Assembly: GCA_965250285.1 (NCBI GenBank)
Contig: OZ252299.1
Location: 2,016,001-2,080,000, forward strand
Direction of reading: 5' to 3'
DNA length: 64,000 bases
From: Myxococcota bacterium
GTDB lineage: Bacteria; Myxococcota_A; UBA9160; UBA4427
The translations under genes were made by a program, and so were the position numbers. Under the pieces are notes generated by a model. The model saw only the letters and a program-made list of their open reading frames with translations, was not told where the DNA came from and ran no database searches. Within the stretch, counting starts at the first letter, position 1. Every line of letters starts with the position of its first letter. Shown piece after piece: positions 49,774 to 59,433 of this stretch.

Positions 49774-51669
49774 ATGCAGACCGACCTGAGTGGCGACGCG
49801 AACGACCTGGAGCGATCCGACCCGCAACGCGCTACGGCGACCTCGCTGCGCGCTCGGCGCGGACGTCTCTCGCTCTTCGCGGTGGCCCTGCTCGGCCTCG
49901 TATCGCTCGGCAGCACGTGCAAGAGCCCCGACGTCACGATCACGAGCCCACCGAACGGTGCGTTCATCGACGCGTCGACGGCGCTCGTCACGGGCCTCGT
50001 CGAAGACGTCGATGTCGAGGAGCTGGTCGACGTGACCGTCAACGGCACGTCGGTGCTGCCGCTGGCCAGCGACGGCTCGTTCGCGACGATCGTGCCGCTC
50101 TCGGCCATCGACCCGTTGAACGGGATCGTCGCCGTCGTCACCACCGTCGATGGTCCGACGCTCCGCGACCGCGTCACGGTCGTGACCGGACCGTCGATCG
50201 CCGACACCGCCCTCCATATGGACAGCGTCGCGCTTCGCCTCACCGAGAGCGGCCTGGACACGATCGAGCCCACCGTCACGAGCCTCGTCGACATCGACCT
50301 CGCGACGCTGCTGCCCCCGGGCACGCTGGTGATAGACAACTTCTGCTATCAGGACACGATCTTCGGCTGCATCGGCCGGGTCGACGTCACCATCCACGGC
50401 AGCCCGCCGCCTTCGATCGGCAGCTACTCGATCGACATCGACCCGCAGTCGAACTTCGTCGAAGGCGACGTGCGCCTGAACGACCTCGACGTCACGGCGC
50501 GGGTGAACGCGGTCACCGGCATCGGCTTCACCTGCTTCATCGACATCGGCGCCAACACGACGGATATCTTCGGCGACTACGGCCTCTCCCCCGACGCACT
50601 CGCGCCGAGCGAGATCGACGTCACGCAGCTCGGCGGCACCTCGGTGTCGTTCGGGGGCTTCTCGGACAGCACCGACTGCAACGGCTTCTTGGGCTTCATC
50701 GTCGAGGCGCTCGTCAACCTCTTCGTCGGGGACGTTCAGGATCTGATGCAGCCGGCTCTCGAGGACTTCCTCGATACGCCTGATGCCGAGGGCAACACGC
50801 CGATCGCGGGCGCGATCGAGACGGCGCTCGCCGGGATCGAGATCGCCGGCCAGGTCGGCGGGCCGCTGGGCGTCGACCTCGAGCTCCCGCTGTTCACCGT
50901 CGATGAGGACACCGGAGGGATCACCTTCGGCAGCGACTCCCGCGTCACGGCCCTCGCACCCGACCCCGCCGCGCCCGACCCGGCAGCGAGCCACGTGGTG
51001 CTCGAGAGCTTTCCGACGTTCGGGCCGACGGCCCCGAACGGCCTGCCCTATCACGTGGCGATGTCGGTCTCGTCGACTGCATTCAACCAGCTGCTGCGCG
51101 CCGAGATCGAGAGCGGGCTGCTGGCGATGCGATTCACCGAGTTCGATCTCGGAACGGGCCTCCTCCCGATCACCGCCGGGCTGCTCTCGGCGCTCGTGCC
51201 CGAGTTCGCCTTCCTCGAGCCCGACGAGCCGCTTCAGCTCGAGCTTGCGCCGGTGACCGCACCGATCCTGACGGGGGCGCCGGGCCCCGACGGCGAACTC
51301 GCCGAGATCGAAGTGAGCCACCTCCTCGTCCGCGTGCTCGACTCGACGGGCGACGTCGTCTTCATCGAGGCGGCCATCGACCTCTCGGTCGGACTCGATC
51401 TGAGCCTCGCCGGCGGCGCGCTCGGCGCCGTGATCGGCGCCCCGCCCGCCGAGGACATCGGTGCGACCGTGCTCGTCAATCGAATGGGCACAGCCGACGT
51501 GACGCTCGACGCGCTGGTCCCTCTGCTCGTGAGCGTCGCCCTGCCGCAGCTCGCCGGATCGATCGGCAGCTTCCCTCTGCCGACGTTCCTCGATCTCGAC
51601 CTCGTGCTCGTCGACGCCGATCGACAGGGTGACTTCATGACCCTCTTCCTCGACTTCGCGCCGCTTTGA
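49774..51669 (+). CDS. Large secreted lipoprotein: Ig-like domain plus putative BPI/LBP/CETP-like lipid-binding region
   Basis: Lipobox-like LVSLGSTC; PDVTITSP.NG..VTG..VTVNG Ig-like domain; VALRLTESGLD and MSVSSTAFNQLLRAEIESGLL motifs. Fold call is inference. Confidence 0.7.
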   Translation: MQTDLSGDANDLERSDPQRATATSLRARRGRLSLFAVALLGLVSLGSTCKSPDVTITSPPNGAFIDASTALVTGLVEDVDVEELVDVTVNGTSVLPLASDGSFATIVPLSAIDPLNGIVAVVTTVDGPTLRDRVTVVTGPSIADTALHMDSVALRLTESGLDTIEPTVTSLVDIDLATLLPPGTLVIDNFCYQDTIFGCIGRVDVTIHGSPPPSIGSYSIDIDPQSNFVEGDVRLNDLDVTARVNAVTGIGFTCFIDIGANTTDIFGDYGLSPDALAPSEIDVTQLGGTSVSFGGFSDSTDCNGFLGFIVEALVNLFVGDVQDLMQPALEDFLDTPDAEGNTPIAGAIETALAGIEIAGQVGGPLGVDLELPLFTVDEDTGGITFGSDSRVTALAPDPAAPDPAASHVVLESFPTFGPTAPNGLPYHVAMSVSSTAFNQLLRAEIESGLLAMRFTEFDLGTGLLPITAGLLSALVPEFAFLEPDEPLQLELAPVTAPILTGAPGPDGELAEIEVSHLLVRVLDSTGDVVFIEAAIDLSVGLDLSLAGGALGAVIGAPPAEDIGATVLVNRMGTADVTLDALVPLLVSVALPQLAGSIGSFPLPTFLDLDLVLVDADRQGDFMTLFLDFAPL

Positions 51670-51716
51670 GTCGCGCGCACGTCGCTGATCGATCGCCCCG
51701 AACGACGGAGTCCCCG

Positions 51717-52664
51717 ATGCCCCGCTGCCTGCTCTCGACGCTGTTGACCCCGTTGGCTCCGATGCAGGCGCTTCGCTCGGTCTCGGTGATGGCCTCCATC
51801 GCCTCCCCGTGCGCCTTCGCGCTCGCCTCCCCAATCGCCTTCGCGCTCGCCCTCGCCCTCACGCCGGCCCTCGCCCCGGCGGCGCAGGCCGAGATCGCCA
51901 CCTGGCAGACCGATGCCGCCGTCGGACCGAGCGAGGTGAGCTACACGCTCAGCTTCACGTGCACGGGGCCAGCGGCGGTCTGCGATCCGCTGAACGCCTA
52001 CTCCGATACCCAGATCTCGACCCTCGGCGGCGCGGCCACGCTGCAGCTCGACCCGGTCGCCGACACGCTGCAGTTCGACCCCGATGGCACCGTGGATCTG
52101 GGCGATGGGATGGGGCCGGTGCCGACCCACCTGGCACTGAGCGGCAGCGACATGACCTTCGCCGGGCTCGCACTCTTCGGCATCCCCGAGGTCGAGAGCC
52201 CGCTCGTGTTCAGCGTCGATCAACCGCTGATCCCGCTGACCGGCCTCGAGCTGCTGCCGCCCGGCACCTACCCGATCAGCTCGACGATGAGCTGGGGCGG
52301 GGTCGCCAACGTCGTGGGCGACCTCGCGCTGCTGATCCCCGAGATCGTCGTCACACCGGCGCCCGTCGCCGTGACGGGCACGCTCGAGATCCTCGGCGAC
52401 GTCGACACCGACGGCCTCATCGAGTTCGAGATCCGGAACCTGCAGGCGACGACGAGCTCGACCGACCAGTACGTCGAGGGGACGATCGTGGTCGACGTCG
52501 AGGTCACGGCGGTGCTCGTCGCCCACCTCTCGGGCGAGGTCGCCGGCACGGTGCCGCCCGTGCCGCTCCTCACGCCGCCCACGCTCGCCGCGCTCTGCGC
52601 ACTGCTCGCGGCCGGCGGCGCCGCGCGGCTGACCGGGCGGCAGCGGCGCGACTTTGTGGCGTGA
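51717..52664 (+). CDS. Secreted protein with IPTL-CTERM-like C-terminal anchor (start uncertain)
   Basis: GGAG RBS; signal ..PAAQA/EIATW; C-terminal VPLLTPPTLAALCALLAAGGAARLTGRQRR. Confidence 0.72.
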   Translation: MPRCLLSTLLTPLAPMQALRSVSVMASIASPCAFALASPIAFALALALTPALAPAAQAEIATWQTDAAVGPSEVSYTLSFTCTGPAAVCDPLNAYSDTQISTLGGAATLQLDPVADTLQFDPDGTVDLGDGMGPVPTHLALSGSDMTFAGLALFGIPEVESPLVFSVDQPLIPLTGLELLPPGTYPISSTMSWGGVANVVGDLALLIPEIVVTPAPVAVTGTLEILGDVDTDGLIEFEIRNLQATTSSTDQYVEGTIVVDVEVTAVLVAHLSGEVAGTVPPVPLLTPPTLAALCALLAAGGAARLTGRQRRDFVA

Positions 52665-52675
52665 GCCCGAAACGA

Positions 52676-52709
52676 AAGCACCCCCCGTCGTTCACGACGG
52701 GGGGTGCTT
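52676..52709. terminator. Strong hairpin between convergent genes (likely bidirectional terminator)
   Basis: Perfect 15-bp stem AAGCACCCCCCGTCG-ttca-CGACGGGGGGTGCTT. Confidence 0.8.
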
Positions 52710-52753
52710 CGAATCTCGGGGGGCGTCTCGGCGGCAATCCGCCGGACGCGACG

Positions 52754-52945
52754 CTACTTCTCGAGCGTGATGGCCTGGCGGGGGCAGAGGCGCGCGGCCT
52801 CTTCGGCCTTGGCCTGGAGATCCGCCGGCACGTCCTCCATGAGCAACGTCAGGGTGTCGTCCTCTTCGACCCGGAAGATCTCCGGCGCCGCGTCCATGCA
52901 CAGCGCGTTGGCCTCGCACAGGTCGTAATCCACCACCACCTTCAT
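52754..52945 (-). CDS. fdxD: Ferredoxin, FdxD-like [3Fe-4S] type
   Basis: MKVVVDYDLCEANALCM..APEIF...CPRQAI; divergent from the fadE26-like gene. Confidence 0.9.
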   Translation of the reverse strand: MKVVVDYDLCEANALCMDAAPEIFRVEEDDTLTLLMEDVPADLQAKAEEAARLCPRQAITLEK

Positions 52946-53250
52946 CGAACTCTCCTCGATCCCCTCTGCGGATCCTGAGCGGATCCTCGCTGGCTCCCAG
53001 CCCGCATCCAGGGCCGGGTCTGGCTCGGCCGCGAGGGCCGATGCGCTTCGCTCGAGACGGGTCCCTGCTCGAACACGGCGAAGCCTAACTCATCCCAGGG
53101 GGCAACGCCGTGTTGCCTTCGCGAGAAAGCCACCGACCGGGTCGCCGTGACTTCGAAGTTCGACCGCTTCACCGATCTCGGGCTCGCAACGATCCCGGCG
53201 CTCCTCGCTTGTTCATCTTGTCAGCGCGTCGAGCGCGCGGCAGACTCGAT

Positions 53251-53264
53251 TAGAACACGTTTCA
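53251..53264. promoter_or_regulatory. KstR-type operator 2
   Basis: TAGAACACGTTTCA just downstream of TTGTCA(53218)-N17-CAGACT(53241) in the ferredoxin/fadE26 divergent region. Confidence 0.85.
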
Positions 53265-53284
53265 ACACGCCCGAACCCGAAGCA

Positions 53285-53345
53285 CGTGGCACGCACGTGA
53301 ATGCGTGGCACGCACGTGAATGCGTGGCACGCACATGAACGCGTG
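53285..53345. repeat. 19-bp tandem repeat, about 3.2 copies
   Basis: CGTGGCACGCACGTGAATG at 53285 and 53304; variant at 53323. Confidence 0.92.
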
Positions 53346-53361
53346 AATTGAGGAAGAGCCG

Positions 53362-54537
53362 ATGCACATCGACTTCACCCCCGAGCAGAAGAAGCTGCGC
53401 GACGAGATGCGCGCCTACATGAAGGAGCTCATGACACCCGAGCTCAAGGCCGAGCTCACGAGCGGCACCGAAGGTGGCGGCCCCGAGTACATGAAGGCGA
53501 TGCGCAAGCTCGGCGTCGACGGGATGCTCGGCCAGGGCTGGCCCAAGGAGTGGGGTGGTCAGGACCGTTCGGCGATCGAGCAGTTCATCTTCGCCGACGA
53601 GATCCAGACCGTCGGGTTCCCCCTGCCCTTCCTCACGCTCAACACCGTCGGGCCGACGCTGCGCGAGCACGGCACCGACGAACAGAAGGACTACTTCTGC
53701 AAGCGCATTCTCGCGGGCGAGGTGCACTTCGCGATCGGCTACAGCGAGCCGGACGCCGGCACCGATCTCGCGTCACTGCGCACGACCGCCAGGCGGGAAG
53801 GCGACGAGTGGGTGATCAACGGACAGAAGATGTGGACGAGCCTGGCAGGCCACGCCGACTACATCTGGCTCGCCGCTCGGACCGACCCCGATGCGAAGAA
53901 GCACCGCGGCATCTCGATGTTCCTCGTGCCCACCGACGCCGAGGGCTTCGAGTACCGGCCGATCCAAACGGTCGGCGGCGTGACGACGAACGCCACGTTC
54001 TACGACGACGTCCGCGTGCCCGCCGAGGCGCTGATCGGCGGCGAGAACAACGGCTGGCGTCTGATCACCGGGCAGCTCAACCACGAGCGCATCTCGCTGA
54101 TGAGCGTGGGGCCGATGCGACGCAACCTGCGCGATGTGGTCGAGTGGGCACGCGAGACGACGCACGGCTCGGGCAAGGTCATCGACCTGCCGTGGGTACA
54201 GAGCAACCTCGCGCGCGTGTACGCGAAGCTCCAGGTACTGCGACTGATGAACTGGAAGCAGGCCTGGGCAGCCACGCACGGGCAGCCGAACCCGGCCGTC
54301 GCGTCGGCGATCAAGGTCTATGGCAGCGAGCTCAACATCGAGGCCTACCGACTCTTGCTCGAGGTGCTCGGACCGCAAGCGACCCTGCGCAAGGGCAGCG
54401 AGACGGCGGCGCTCGAGGGCCGCATCGACTCGGCCTACCGCAACGGGCTGATCCTCACGTTCGGCGGCGGCACCAACGAGGTGCAGCGCGACATCATCGC
54501 GATGGCCGGCCTCGGGATGCCCCACTACAAGGATTGA
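53362..54537 (+). CDS. fadE26: Steroid acyl-CoA dehydrogenase subunit, FadE26(ChsE4)/FadE29-like
   Basis: FTPEQ, GWPKEWGG, FAIGYSEP.AGTDLASLRT, NGQKMWTS, KKHRGIS, LILTFGGGTNEVQRDII. Confidence 0.8.
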   Translation: MHIDFTPEQKKLRDEMRAYMKELMTPELKAELTSGTEGGGPEYMKAMRKLGVDGMLGQGWPKEWGGQDRSAIEQFIFADEIQTVGFPLPFLTLNTVGPTLREHGTDEQKDYFCKRILAGEVHFAIGYSEPDAGTDLASLRTTARREGDEWVINGQKMWTSLAGHADYIWLAARTDPDAKKHRGISMFLVPTDAEGFEYRPIQTVGGVTTNATFYDDVRVPAEALIGGENNGWRLITGQLNHERISLMSVGPMRRNLRDVVEWARETTHGSGKVIDLPWVQSNLARVYAKLQVLRLMNWKQAWAATHGQPNPAVASAIKVYGSELNIEAYRLLLEVLGPQATLRKGSETAALEGRIDSAYRNGLILTFGGGTNEVQRDIIAMAGLGMPHYKD

Positions 54538-54576
54538 TCGCGATCGCTGCGTGGCAGCGGTCGCAGGAGAGCGAAC

Positions 54577-55710
54577 ATGGACTGGAACTTCAGCGAAGAG
54601 CAGACGCAGGTACGCGACCTCGCTCGTCAGATCCTGACCGACAAGGTCACCAACGACAGCCTCAAAGATCACTTCGCCGGCCGAGCTGACGTGACCGCGC
54701 CGGTGTGGCAGGCGCTCGCCGATGCCAACCTGCTCGGCGTGGCGATTCCCGAAGCGTATGGCGGCGTGGGGATGGATTTTCTGACCCTCGCCCTCGTCGC
54801 CACCGAACAGGGACGCACGGTGGCTCCCGTGCCGATCTGGTCGACGCTCGTGCAGGCCGGCATGACGATCCTGACCCATGGCGACGATGCGCAGAAGCAG
54901 GCCTGGCTGCCGGCCATCGCCGAAGGGCGCGCCGTCTTGAGCGCCGCCCTGGTCGAGCTCGGCGCCGACGACGCGCTGCGTCCCCACACGACGGCGAAGG
55001 CCGATGGCGACGTGTTCGTGCTCGACGGCGAGAAGTTCCAGGTGCCCGACGCCGAGCAGGCGAGCGCGATCCTCGTCCCCGCCTCGACCGACGACGGTCG
55101 GGTGGGGGTGTTCCTGCTCGACCCGTCGAGCGACGGCGTATCGATGGAGACACTCAAGGCGTCGAGCGGTACGCCCCACGCGAACCTGCGCCTCGAAGGC
55201 GTGCGCGTGCCGGCGAGCGCCCTCCTCGGCCCGCTGGACGCAGAGGCGACGGTGCTCTCGACGCTGCGGGCGTACGCGGTCGCCGGCCTCTGCGCGATGC
55301 AGCTCGGCGTGACCGAGCGCGCGCTCGAGATGACGGCCGAGTACTCGCGCGATCGCGTGCAGTTCGAGCGGCCGATCGGCAGCTTCCAGGCCGTGCACCA
55401 GCGCGCCGCGGATGCGTACATCATGACCGAGGGCGTACGCATCGCGACGCTCGAGCTCTGCTGGCGGCTGACCGAAGGGCTCGACGTGACCGAGCACGTG
55501 CCAGTCGCGAAGTTCTGGGCCGCCGAGGGCGGCCAGTACACTTCGTACGCCTGCCAGCACCTGCACGGCGGCATCGGCATCGACATGGACTACCCGCTGC
55601 ATCGCTACTTCGAGTGGGCGATTCAGATCGAGCACAGCCTGGGCGCCGCCCACGCGGTGCTGACCGACCTCGGCGCGCACATCGCGGAGCACGGCCTGAG
55701 CGAGTTCTGA
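54577..55710 (+). CDS. fadE27: Steroid acyl-CoA dehydrogenase partner subunit, FadE27(ChsE5)-like
   Basis: R.QFERPIGSFQAV, AKFWAAEGG, HLHGGIGID.DYPLHRY; short partner-type ACAD paired with the previous gene. Confidence 0.75.
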   Translation: MDWNFSEEQTQVRDLARQILTDKVTNDSLKDHFAGRADVTAPVWQALADANLLGVAIPEAYGGVGMDFLTLALVATEQGRTVAPVPIWSTLVQAGMTILTHGDDAQKQAWLPAIAEGRAVLSAALVELGADDALRPHTTAKADGDVFVLDGEKFQVPDAEQASAILVPASTDDGRVGVFLLDPSSDGVSMETLKASSGTPHANLRLEGVRVPASALLGPLDAEATVLSTLRAYAVAGLCAMQLGVTERALEMTAEYSRDRVQFERPIGSFQAVHQRAADAYIMTEGVRIATLELCWRLTEGLDVTEHVPVAKFWAAEGGQYTSYACQHLHGGIGIDMDYPLHRYFEWAIQIEHSLGAAHAVLTDLGAHIAEHGLSEF

Positions 55711-55803
55711 CATACGCCGCGCCGATGCGGCCCCGAAGCACCGCACACGTTCGCCGAAGCCAGCGTGTACGATAGAGTGCGGTGACGTCTTGGGGGGTCG
55801 GTC

Positions 55804-56241
55804 ATGCCGTGGTGGGGTTGGATCGCGATCGGAACGCTGATGCTCACCGCCGAGCTCGCGTTCGTCGACGCCGAGTTCTTTCTGGTGTTCCTCGGCGTCT
55901 CCGCGCTGCTCGTCGGCTCCGTCGAGCTTGCAGGCGTGTCGCTCGCGTGGTGGGCCCAGTGGCTGATCTTCGCGGGCCTCTCCGTCGGCTCCCTCGTCAT
56001 TTTTCGACAGCGCGTGTATGTGCTCATGCGCCCACCGCCCGACGAAGAGGTGCCCGAGGGCGTGACCGGCGATGTCGGGCGCGCGATCGCCGCCATCGAG
56101 CCCGGCGCGAGCGGCCGCATCGAGCTGCGCGGGTCACCCTGGAGCGCGATCAACGACGGGGAAAGAGCGATCGAGGCGGGCGCTCGCTGCACCGTCGTGC
56201 GTGCCGACGGCCTCACTCTTCACGTCCGATCCGCCGACTGA
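55804..56241 (+). CDS. NfeD family membrane protein
   Basis: Three TM segments followed by an OB domain (GRIELRGSPWSA, VVRADGLTLHV). Confidence 0.88.
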   Translation: MPWWGWIAIGTLMLTAELAFVDAEFFLVFLGVSALLVGSVELAGVSLAWWAQWLIFAGLSVGSLVIFRQRVYVLMRPPPDEEVPEGVTGDVGRAIAAIEPGASGRIELRGSPWSAINDGERAIEAGARCTVVRADGLTLHVRSAD

Positions 56242-56278
56242 CGCACCTCAGATCTCAAGACGCCGAAGGAGCCGCACG

Positions 56279-57265
56279 ATGGAGCTGAACTTCTTTACTT
56301 TCGCCGTCATTGGCGTGGTCATCTTCGCCATCGTGCTCGTGGCCCGTACGGCCACCGTCGTGCCCCAACAGAGCGCCTACGTCGTGGAGAACCTCGGCAA
56401 ATACAGCCGCACGCTGCGCGCCGGGTTCCACATCCTGATCCCCTTCATCGAGCGTGTCGCGTACAAGCACTCGCTCAAGGAGATCGCGATCGACGTCCAG
56501 GAGCAGATCTGCATCACGAAGGACAACGTGCAGGTCGGCGTCGACGGTGTCCTGTATCTGCAGATCATGGATGCACAGCGGGCGTCCTACGGCATCCACG
56601 ACTACGTCTTCGCCATCTCCCAGCTCGCGCAGACGACGCTCCGCAGCGAGATCGGCAAGATCGACCTCGACCGCACGTTCGAGGAGCGCGGCCACATCAA
56701 CTCGAACGTCGTTCGCGAGCTCGACCTCGCGAGCGACCCGTGGGGCGTGAAGGTGCTGCGCTACGAGATCCGCAACATCAACCCGCCGACCGACGTGATC
56801 GAGGCAATGGAGAAGCAGATGCGCGCCGAGCGCGAGAAGCGCGCGGTGATCCTCGAGTCAGAGGGCGCGCGTGACTCCGAGATCAACCGCGCCGAGGGCG
56901 AGAAGCAGAAGGTGATCAAGGAGTCCGAGGCCAGCCGGCAGCAGCAGATCAACGAGGCGGAGGGTCAGGCCCAGGCGATCCTCGCGATCGCGAACGCGAC
57001 CGCCGGCGGCCTCCGCGAGATCGCGGGCGCCGTCAGCGTGCCCGGTGGCAACGAGGCGCTGCAGCTGCGCGTCGCCGAGCAGTACGTCACGCAGTTCGGC
57101 CAGCTGGCCAAGGAGGGCAACACATTGGTGGTGCCGGCCAACCTGACCGATGTGTCGTCGATGCTCGCTCTGGCGACGAAGATCCTGAGGGACGACGACG
57201 AACCCGACCCGTCGCCTCCCAGCCCTCCCCGACCGCCTGCACTGCAGCCGTTCGGCGAGGGCTGA
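56279..57265 (+). CDS. SPFH/stomatin-like (paraslipin) protein
   Basis: VVPQQSAYVVE.LGKY, ITKDNV, LAQTTLRSEIG, QMRAEREKRA. Confidence 0.95.
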   Translation: MELNFFTFAVIGVVIFAIVLVARTATVVPQQSAYVVENLGKYSRTLRAGFHILIPFIERVAYKHSLKEIAIDVQEQICITKDNVQVGVDGVLYLQIMDAQRASYGIHDYVFAISQLAQTTLRSEIGKIDLDRTFEERGHINSNVVRELDLASDPWGVKVLRYEIRNINPPTDVIEAMEKQMRAEREKRAVILESEGARDSEINRAEGEKQKVIKESEASRQQQINEAEGQAQAILAIANATAGGLREIAGAVSVPGGNEALQLRVAEQYVTQFGQLAKEGNTLVVPANLTDVSSMLALATKILRDDDEPDPSPPSPPRPPALQPFGEG

Positions 57266-57281
57266 GGAGCACAGCCCCCGG

Positions 57282-58196
57282 CTACATCGGCGGGACGATG
57301 AAGCTGTCGGCGATCGGCTGCTTGTCGGCAAAGTGCTTCGTGAGCACGGCGTCGACGCTGTCGTGGGTCCACGCGTCCTCCGAGTTGAACTCGGCAGCGC
57401 GACCCGGTGCCTCGAGCAGCGCGATCTGCTTGCCCCACACGATGAACACGTTGCCCGAGATGTTCTGCGAGGCCGGCGAAGCCAGATAGGTCACGAGCGG
57501 CGCCGCGTGCTCGGGCGAGAACGTGTCGAAGCCCTCTTCGGGCTTGGCGAACATCTGCCCGGTGATCCCGCCGGCGGTCATCGCCGTGCGAGCGCGCGGC
57601 ATGAACGAATTCGCGGTGACGCCGTACTTCGCCATGGCCTGGGCGGCCGAGTTCGTCATCGCGACGATGCCGGCCTTGGCGGCGGCGTAGTTCGGCTGGC
57701 CGGCCGAGCCGAAGATGAAGGCCTCGGAGGCCGTGCTGATCAGGCGGCCATACACGTCCTCACCCGCCTTGCCCTTGTTGCGCCAGTACTCGGTGGCGTG
57801 GCGCATGCTGCAGAAGTGCCCCTTGAGGTGCACGTTCACGACCGCGTCGAACTCCTCTTCGCTCATCGAGAAGATCATCTTGTCGCGGCAGAAGCCGGCG
57901 TTGTTCACGAGGATGTTGAGATCGCCGAACGTGTCGACGGCGCACTCGATCATCGCCTTCGAGTCGTCCCAGCTCGTCACGTCGCCATAGTGGGCGACGG
58001 CCTCGCCGCCCGCGGCCTTGATCTCATCGACCACGCTCTGACCGGCGGACTGATCATGGCCCGTGCCCTCGGCCGACACGCCGAGATCGTTCACCACCAC
58101 CTTCGCGCCCTGGGCAGCCAGGGCGAGCGCCTCTTCGCGCCCGAGGCCACGACCGGCCCCGGTCACCACGGCGACCTTTCCTTCGAGACTCGACAT
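57282..58196 (-). CDS. SDR oxidoreductase, Hsd4A/Rv3502c-like
   Basis: VTGAGRGLG, VVND, NNAG..RDKMIFSMS, HLKGHF, YGRLIST.SEA, GQPNYAAAK, PRARTAMT. Confidence 0.85.
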   Translation of the reverse strand: MSSLEGKVAVVTGAGRGLGREEALALAAQGAKVVVNDLGVSAEGTGHDQSAGQSVVDEIKAAGGEAVAHYGDVTSWDDSKAMIECAVDTFGDLNILVNNAGFCRDKMIFSMSEEEFDAVVNVHLKGHFCSMRHATEYWRNKGKAGEDVYGRLISTASEAFIFGSAGQPNYAAAKAGIVAMTNSAAQAMAKYGVTANSFMPRARTAMTAGGITGQMFAKPEEGFDTFSPEHAAPLVTYLASPASQNISGNVFIVWGKQIALLEAPGRAAEFNSEDAWTHDSVDAVLTKHFADKQPIADSFIVPPM

Positions 58197-58257
58197 TGCT
58201 CTGCTCCTCGGCCGCGACTGTCGCGCGGCCCTGAATGCGTCGTTTTCCGATCTCGGC

Positions 58258-59433
58258 TCAGATGCGCTCGAGGATCGTGCCCGTCCCCACCGAAGCGCCA
58301 CAGCACATGCTGATGAACGCCGTGCCCTGCCCCGTTCGCTCGAGCTCGTGCAGCGCGGTCACGATCAGGCGCGAGCCGGTGCAGCCGACGGGGTGGCCGA
58401 GCGAGATCGCCCCGCCGTTCACGTTGACCTTCGCCATGTCGGGCTCGTAGACCTGGGCCCACGAGAGCACGACGCCCGCGAAGGCTTCGTTGACCTCGAA
58501 CAGATCGAAGTCACTGATCTGCATACCCGACTTCTTGAGGATCAGCTCGGTCGCATCGACGGGGCCATCGAGCAGGAAGTACGGGTCAGTGCCGGCGAGC
58601 ACGTCGAAGAGGATGCGAGCCCGGGGCTTGAGGCCGAGCGACTCGGCCTTCTCCTGCGACATCCACAGCACGGCGGCCGCACCATCGCTGATCTGCGATG
58701 CGTTGCCCGGCGTGTGGACGCCCCCCTCGACGACGGCGTTGAGGGCGGCGAGGCCCTCGGCCGTCGTGTCGCGGATCCCCTGATCCTGGGTGATGCGTTT
58801 CGTCTCGCCCGTGGGTGCGCCGTCGTCGCCGAGCACCGGCGCTTCGATCGGCATGATCTCTCGCTCGAAGCGACCCTCGTCGCGGGCGACCTTGGCGCGC
58901 TGCTGGCTCTGCAGCGCGAATGCGTCGACGTCGTCGCGCTTGAGACCGCGCTTCTGGATGATGCGCTCGACGGCCGTGAACTGGTCGGGGGTCGAATCCC
59001 AGGGCCAGTCGGCGGGCTGAAAGAAGCCCGGGCCGTTGTAGACGTTCGCGCCGAGGCCGACGTGGCTCATCTGCTCGACACCGCACGCGATGCCGCAGTC
59101 GATCGAGCCCGCCTTGATCATCGCGTTGACGAAGTGGTTGGCCTGCTGCCCCGATCCACACTGCGTATCGATGCTCGTCGCACCGACCCGCCAGGTATCG
59201 CCCTTGTTGAGCCAGGCGTTGCGCGTGACGTTGCCCGACTGCTCGCCCGCCTGCGTCACGCAGCCGCCGACGATCTGCTCGAGCTCGCTCGGGTCGACCC
59301 CGGCCTTCTCGAGCACGCCCCACTGCGCGTGCTGCAGCAGCTGAGCCGCGTGAAAGCCCGACAGATCCCCCTTGCCCATCTTGCCCCGGGCGATCGGCGT
59401 GCGGAGGGCTTCGACGATGACTGCTTCTCTCAT
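58258..59433 (-). CDS. fadA5: Steroid 3-ketoacyl-CoA thiolase FadA5-like
   Basis: GGCVTQAGEQS.N..R, QCGSGQQANH, GLGAN, LDGPV, NVNGGAISLGHPVG.TG, MCCG. Confidence 0.88.
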   Translation of the reverse strand: MREAVIVEALRTPIARGKMGKGDLSGFHAAQLLQHAQWGVLEKAGVDPSELEQIVGGCVTQAGEQSGNVTRNAWLNKGDTWRVGATSIDTQCGSGQQANHFVNAMIKAGSIDCGIACGVEQMSHVGLGANVYNGPGFFQPADWPWDSTPDQFTAVERIIQKRGLKRDDVDAFALQSQQRAKVARDEGRFEREIMPIEAPVLGDDGAPTGETKRITQDQGIRDTTAEGLAALNAVVEGGVHTPGNASQISDGAAAVLWMSQEKAESLGLKPRARILFDVLAGTDPYFLLDGPVDATELILKKSGMQISDFDLFEVNEAFAGVVLSWAQVYEPDMAKVNVNGGAISLGHPVGCTGSRLIVTALHELERTGQGTAFISMCCGASVGTGTILERI

